A DNA stretch of 64,000 nucleotides from Octopus bimaculoides (taxonomy: Eukaryota). Numbering within the stretch: position 1 is the first letter of the stretch; every line of letters begins with the position of its first letter. The stretch is from positions 29,618,172 through 29,682,171 of the forward strand of contig NC_068988.1 of the NCBI RefSeq assembly GCF_001194135.2, given 5' to 3'. Made by a program: the position numbers and the translations under genes. Below the pieces are notes generated by a model. That model saw only the letters and a program-made list of their open reading frames with translations, did no database searches and was not told the DNA's origin. Positions 61,471 to 64,000 of the stretch are shown here, piece by piece.

Positions 61471-62216
61471 TGAGTGAGTGGGAGATATTAAAAATCTATT
61501 GTAGTTGAATATTTTAATAATGTTTAGAAAGTAGACAAGGTGTAATGGGCATTGAAAGCATATTCCAACCCTTCTCCCAATTCAAAAATACATTCCTGTT
61601 CAATGACCTATGCAGCGTTGCTTCTACATTGTGCACTTGTGCATGCACACATATTTCACAACTGGTGCACAATGGGAAATAAGTGTGTGCACACAAGGTT
61701 TTCGAGATGAAATTGAATTTTTTTAATCAAAGAAATTTTGAGCAAAGGTTACTCACATGGATGCATGCATACTTTGTAAAGAAAGGTTAAAATTTACACA
61801 CAAGCAAAGTTTTTGTGCTCAGCCACAATGAAATAAAAATTCATGGGAACATTGAGCTTATGGCAGTTTAATACATACACAAATAAATAGACTTAACTCA
61901 TTTATTTATTTGTTGTTCTCTTTATTCATCACACATTCCAAAAACCTTGAGGTTATTTTCCTCTCCTTCTCAAGCATATCAGAAGAACAAAATTTGCTTT
62001 AAGTTCAGTTCCATTGAATAACATATAGATTCTTTCCCATCAAAAAAGCAAATAAATCAATGAATAGATTTTGTTTTCCTAACAGAAAGGAAATAATTAC
62101 AGAAATCAATATAACACCATCATAGCAGCTTAAATCTTACAAATAACTAAGGTTTCTTTGTTTCATTATTTTTTGGCCCCTTGTTGCAAATAAAGAAATC
62201 ATCATTGACATTGTTC

Positions 62217-62217
62217 C

Positions 62218-62302
<85 letters not shown>
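62217..62302. repeat. Compound (TTG)n(TTA)n microsatellite
   Basis: Seen directly. Confidence 0.95.
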
Positions 62303-62399
62303 TAATGGTATGAAGAAATGTGCTGCATTTGGGATCAATGTCCTTAATACTGGGTCATAACTAGTTTCCTTAGTTAACAAGGACATTATTATTATTATT

Positions 62400-62615
62400 A
62401 TGGCAGCAGAATCGTTAGCACGCTGGACGAAATGCTTAGCATTATTTCGTCTGTTGCTACATTCTCTGAGTTCAAATTTCGCCAAGGTCAACTTTGCCTT
62501 TCATCCTTTCGGGGTCGATAAAATAAGTACCAGTTGAACACTGGGGTCGATGTAATTGACTCATCCCCACCTCCCCCAAGCTGCCCTTGTGGAAAAAAAA
62601 TTGAAATAATAATAA
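62400..62615 (+). mobile_element. SINE family A, young copy with (AAT)n tail
   Basis: ggcagcagaatcgttagcacgctggacgaaatgcttagc..gagttcaaatttcgcc..cctttcggggtcgataaaataagtacc. Confidence 0.9.
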
Positions 62616-62634
62616 TTATTATTATTATTATTAT

Positions 62635-63635
62635 CATTTCACTTCTCTAAGCTCTTTATTTCACTTGCTCCACCTAATTCTGTAAGAGTAGACAACAACC
62701 AGTTGTCAAGGGGCTCACAGAGTCCCTTTCCATGATATTTAACATCCAACTACCAATATCAAAATCCTTGCTGTCCCCAATAAAGCAGTTCTCTGCCCTC
62801 GGTGTCCCCTACAACTACTGCAATGACAGTAGCTTTCTTCATCGTCCACTTTCATGCAATCTCATCTTTTAATGGCTTGTTTCTGACTTTTTTTTATCAT
62901 CCACTTGTACATCCCCAGGTATGGCAATAAACATGATCATAGCTGTTTCCTTCATCATTTTATCAACTACAACAATATCTGGTTTCTGAGCAACAATCAC
63001 TGGATCACATGGATTGTTAGATCCCACAAGATCTTATACTCATTATTCTTGGTGGCATCTGCTGGTTTATGCTCATACCATTTCAATGTCCTTTCAAGAC
63101 TGTACTTCTAACACAATCTCCAATGAACATACTAAGCTACATTATCATGCTTCCTTTTGTATTCCTTCTGAGCCAAATTGCAACATTTGCTCACCATATC
63201 AGAGATTGTTTCATTTTTGCTGCCATACATCCTAGAAAGGGGTGATTCACTGCTCTTAACTATGTGGAACTTGTTGTATTTAGTCCTCAGAGCTTGTTCC
63301 TCAGAGCTGCATTTCAATGCCTCAGTGCATCCTTTCAGATCATTTTCCTTCGTCACCTCTTGGTGGTGGTCTTGTCTTTCTCTTCCATTTTTCTAAGGTA
63401 TTGCCCATGCATTGCCTTCACTTTCCAGATGTTCAATATTTGTTCTCCATCTTGTTTCTTAAATTCTTTGGGGTCTATCACAATTTTCTCTAGGTATTGT
63501 GCTGCTATTTCTAACAGCAACAACCAAAGATTCAATCTGCTCCTCGATATACCATCCCAGACTGTTTTCCTTATTGAAAATACAGATTTTGCATCCTATG
63601 AGACTTCTTCTTCCCTTGTTTCTAGACACATCCAA
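62635..63635 (-). mobile_element. 5'-truncated R4/Dong-clade non-LTR retrotransposon (zinc knuckle plus restriction-like endonuclease), decayed
   Basis: WKVKAMHGQY..DLKGCTEAL..EQALRT..ETIS..LAQKEYKRKHDNVA..KILWD..KPDIVVVDK..IAIPGD; flanked by (TTA)n on both sides. Confidence 0.82.
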
Positions 63636-63641
63636 TTATTA

Positions 63642-63735
<94 letters not shown>
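63636..63735. repeat. (TTA)n microsatellite at the 5' junction of the R4/Dong relic
   Basis: Seen directly. Confidence 0.95.
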
Positions 63736-64000
63736 CTATCAATTAATTAATTAGGCACGATAGCTGTTTTGCAAGGCAAAGGAAACAAGTGTCTTCCCCC
63801 GACAACACAATGCAATTCCTGTAGGAACAGTATCACTTATAATAATAAAAATTAAAATAATAATAATAATAATAATGATGATGATGATGATGATGATGAT
63901 AGTGTGTTTGACGAAATGTATGTGTGAGACACCACTGTTTCCAAAAATTATAAATTCATATTATATTTTCTTTAAAAATACTCTTTATCCTTCTAATATT

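Overview
AT-rich, microsatellite- and SINE-rich animal genomic DNA with seven N-gaps. The repeat families look like those of octopod cephalopods (probably Octopus; inferred, not searched). One protein-coding gene dominates: a + strand dual-leucine-zipper MAP3K (MAP3K13/LZK-MAP3K12/DLK; invertebrate Wallenda/DLK-1 orthologue). I traced 12 coding exons by hand from 5342 to 53034. All have GT..AG boundaries and consistent phases (1,2,2,2,2,0,2,2,2,0,0). They total 2607 nt = 868 aa + stop, and the true N-terminus probably lies upstream. The protein keeps the palmitoylation-type LGCLRPVW motif, an intact kinase, the zipper region and the C-terminal SDGLSD hexapeptide. Introns and flanks hold at least four SINE-like families, a Tc1/mariner-type MITE, and decayed RTE, R4/Dong, HERO-like, CR1-like, unclassified LINE and Penelope fragments. 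There are also hammerhead-like relics and a SINE-derived 26-bp minisatellite. I found no prokaryote-type system (CRISPR etc.). The best leads are RNA-level isoform hypotheses for this axon-injury kinase: short intronic isoforms, a cassette exon carrying the SDGLSD motif, and inverted-SINE dsRNA stems. All coordinates were read by eye; repeat boundaries are approximate (+/-10-30 nt).
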